Assembly: GCA_964536985.1 (NCBI GenBank)
Contig: CAZIBG010000001.1
Span: 49,017 to 113,016, forward strand
Source of the DNA: an uncultured Candidatus Saccharibacteria bacterium
GTDB lineage: Bacteria > Patescibacteriota > Saccharimonadia > Saccharimonadales > AWTP1-31
Length of the DNA stretch: 64,000 bases
Direction of reading: 5' to 3'
Shown here piece after piece: positions 62,448 to 64,000 of this stretch (the first letter of the stretch is position 1; each line of letters starts with the position of its first letter). The translations under genes were made by a program, and so were the position numbers. The notes under the pieces were generated by a model that did no database searches, had not been told where the DNA came from, and saw only the letters and a list, made by a program, of their open reading frames with translations.

Positions 62448-63677
62448 TTAGGACTTGAAACGTCTGATAAACCCATCAATAATGCCCGTGACATTGGATT
62501 TACCGGTATTGTCTTGATTAGACGGAAGCGGACCAAGCAACATATCGAGTAGCATTAATCCCACTACGCTCGCGTAGCTTGGGTCCTGAACGGTATCCAT
62601 AAGCCCAGCCAGAGGCTGTAATTTCCCAACTCTTGCCGCAAGTTCCAATCGCTCCTTCGCGTATTCCGCAAGCCCAGGTAGACCCGCAGTCCCACCTACT
62701 AGCACAACACCACCTGGCAGCTTCCGGGACTTCTGGATCTTCTTCAGCTCCTTATCGACATACTCGAATAGTTCTTCGACGCGTGCCTCAATTATCATCA
62801 AGATATCATCGGCATCAAACTCATGGCGAGTTTTATTAATAACAATAGAGAGAGGTCCAGTCTTGGCATACTTACCAAGACCGCCGTGCTGCAACTTAAC
62901 GGCCTCGGCGATATCTAGATCAGTTTTGAGCCCAATAGCCAGGTCGTTTGTAATATGAATTCCACCGATCGGAATAATAGCGACATGCTGGACTTCGCCT
63001 TCCTCCAATACAACCAAGTTTGTTGTACCCGCACCAATATCAAGAAGTACTGTGCCTGATTCTTTTTGCTGTGCTGTCAGTACTGCTTCTGCAGCAGCAA
63101 GACTAGATACCGTGTGATGATTAGGCACAAGATTTGCTTTCTCTAATGCTAGATCCAGATTCCTTAGCGTAGGCGTGGATGCAGTAACAATATGAGTGTC
63201 TACTTCAAGTCGAACGCCTTGCATGCCGACAGGATCCTTGATGCTGCCCTGTCCATCGAGTCGATAGTTCTTAGCAAATACTTGAATAATCTCCCTGTTT
63301 GGCGGGAGTTTTACAATAGTTGCAGCCTCTTCAACACGGATACGATCTTCGTCAGTAATTTCTCTGTTGCCGGCGCTTATAGCAATAACACCTCGAGAAT
63401 CCATACCAAGCACCTGTGGGCCATTTACATTAACCGTTGCTTCAGAGATACGAACACCTGAAACTCTTTCAGCTTCGGTTACTGCCTGGGTAATTGATTC
63501 TACTACGTCGTCGACTCGGACCACAACACCTTTACGCATACCCTTATTTGGGGCGCTTCCGTGGCCAATTACAGATACAATGTTCGATTCTTCGGAGTCC
63601 ATAATACCGATTACGCACCGTACAGTGCTGGTACCAATGTCTAGCCCGAAATAGTGCTGGGCTGGTTGTTCACGCAT
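62448..63677 (-). CDS. ftsA: cell division protein FtsA
   Basis: Actin-fold motifs GLDIGTSTVRCVIG and LDIGAGTTNLVV. Confidence 0.9.
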   Translation of the reverse strand: MREQPAQHYFGLDIGTSTVRCVIGIMDSEESNIVSVIGHGSAPNKGMRKGVVVRVDDVVESITQAVTEAERVSGVRISEATVNVNGPQVLGMDSRGVIAISAGNREITDEDRIRVEEAATIVKLPPNREIIQVFAKNYRLDGQGSIKDPVGMQGVRLEVDTHIVTASTPTLRNLDLALEKANLVPNHHTVSSLAAAEAVLTAQQKESGTVLLDIGAGTTNLVVLEEGEVQHVAIIPIGGIHITNDLAIGLKTDLDIAEAVKLQHGGLGKYAKTGPLSIVINKTRHEFDADDILMIIEARVEELFEYVDKELKKIQKSRKLPGGVVLVGGTAGLPGLAEYAKERLELAARVGKLQPLAGLMDTVQDPSYASVVGLMLLDMLLGPLPSNQDNTGKSNVTGIIDGFIRRFKS

Positions 63678-63683
63678 GCAAGC

Positions 63684-63712
63684 AGTATACCGCTTGTCCT
63701 TCGTACCTACAA
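63684..63712 (-). promoter_or_regulatory. ftsA promoter TTGTAG-17-TATACT, 6 nt upstream of ATG
   Basis: Reverse complement of 63707-63712 is TTGTAG and of 63684-63689 is TATACT, then gcttgc, then ATG; no SD. Confidence 0.45.
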
Positions 63713-63724
63713 TACTCTTGTGTT

Positions 63725-64000
63725 CTAGAGCTGGGTAAGTATTTCGTATCCGTGTTCAGTTACTAAAATTGTGTGTTCAAAGTGGGCTGCAAGTGAACCG
63801 TCATAGGTCTTGACTGTCCATCCATCCTCATCAAGATACACCCGGTCGGTACCTAGTGTCGCCATAGGCTCAATGGCAATTGTCATGCCTGGTTTTAACA
63901 ATGGACCGCTGCCTTTGCGACCATAGTTGGGAATATTGGGCTCCTCATGCATTTCATGACCTACACCATGCCCTACAAGGTCCTTAACAATTCCGTATCC
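63725..64000 (-). CDS. map: type I methionine aminopeptidase (C-terminal ~91 aa; N-terminus beyond window end)
   Basis: The frame stays open upstream of the track's Met: [26 protein letters not shown]...[16 protein letters not shown] (metal-binding H and E residues). Confidence 0.85.
   Translation of the reverse strand, partial: GYGIVKDLVGHGVGHEMHEEPNIPNYGRKGSGPLLKPGMTIAIEPMATLGTDRVYLDEDGWTVKTYDGSLAAHFEHTILVTEHGYEILTQL

Noticed and set aside
1-64000. Alternative genetic code (UGA recoding), as in some CPR lineages
   Set aside because: RF2 is present and intact. Conserved genes end at TGA at the expected length, for example recO. No conserved gene is interrupted by an in-frame TGA.
1-64000. 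tRNA, rRNA, CRISPR arrays, transposases, integrases, prophage or defence islands
   Set aside because: No T-loop (GTTCGAATC-type) or cloverleaf candidates appear in any intergenic gap. There are no spaced direct repeats and no recombinase-like ORFs. All gaps over 100 bp were read on both strands and are accounted for above.

Overview
Dense (about 90% coding) 64-kb chromosomal window with 67 protein genes, 56 of them on the minus strand, often overlapping by 1-26 nt. I found no rRNA, tRNA, CRISPR array, transposase or integrase. The content is core housekeeping. It includes five aaRS (glyQS partial, serS, lysS, proS, ileS), prfA/prfB/prmC, secA, pyrG, ftsEX, ftsA-ftsZ, parAB and nrdR-nrdJ. It also includes rpsB-tsf, frr-uppS-rseP, L21/L27/L31, xseAB, recO, greA, hpf, lepB, htrA and map (partial). 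RF1 and RF2 are both present and TGA is used as a stop, so the standard code 11 applies. The compactness, sortase, missing pyrH/cdsA and an INS-less ProRS suggest a reduced-genome monoderm lineage such as CPR/Patescibacteria (Saccharibacteria-like); this is inference only. The signals most worth a second look are RNA-level or domain-level features that the ORF track cannot show. (1) An unannotated T-box riboswitch with a textbook UGGUACC discriminator upstream of a GNAT-ileS operon, with a non-canonical terminator arrangement. (2) A candidate 22-codon Pro-rich leader peptide with a three-stem attenuator immediately upstream of the ORF157-proS operon. (3) A heliorhodopsin gene with no retinal-synthesis genes nearby. 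(4) A recurrent TGnTAnnnT - 6 to 8 nt - ATG architecture suggesting many leaderless operon heads. (5) A kinase/receiver pair in which both phospho-acceptor residues are Glu. (6) A LysRS with a C-terminal DUF2000/Pth2-like extension. (7) A triad of TrmB-like paralogs, one fused to SRPBCC, with TGTC/GACA palindromes in their promoters. All functional calls rest on my reading of translated motifs and on remembered family signatures. No database search was run.
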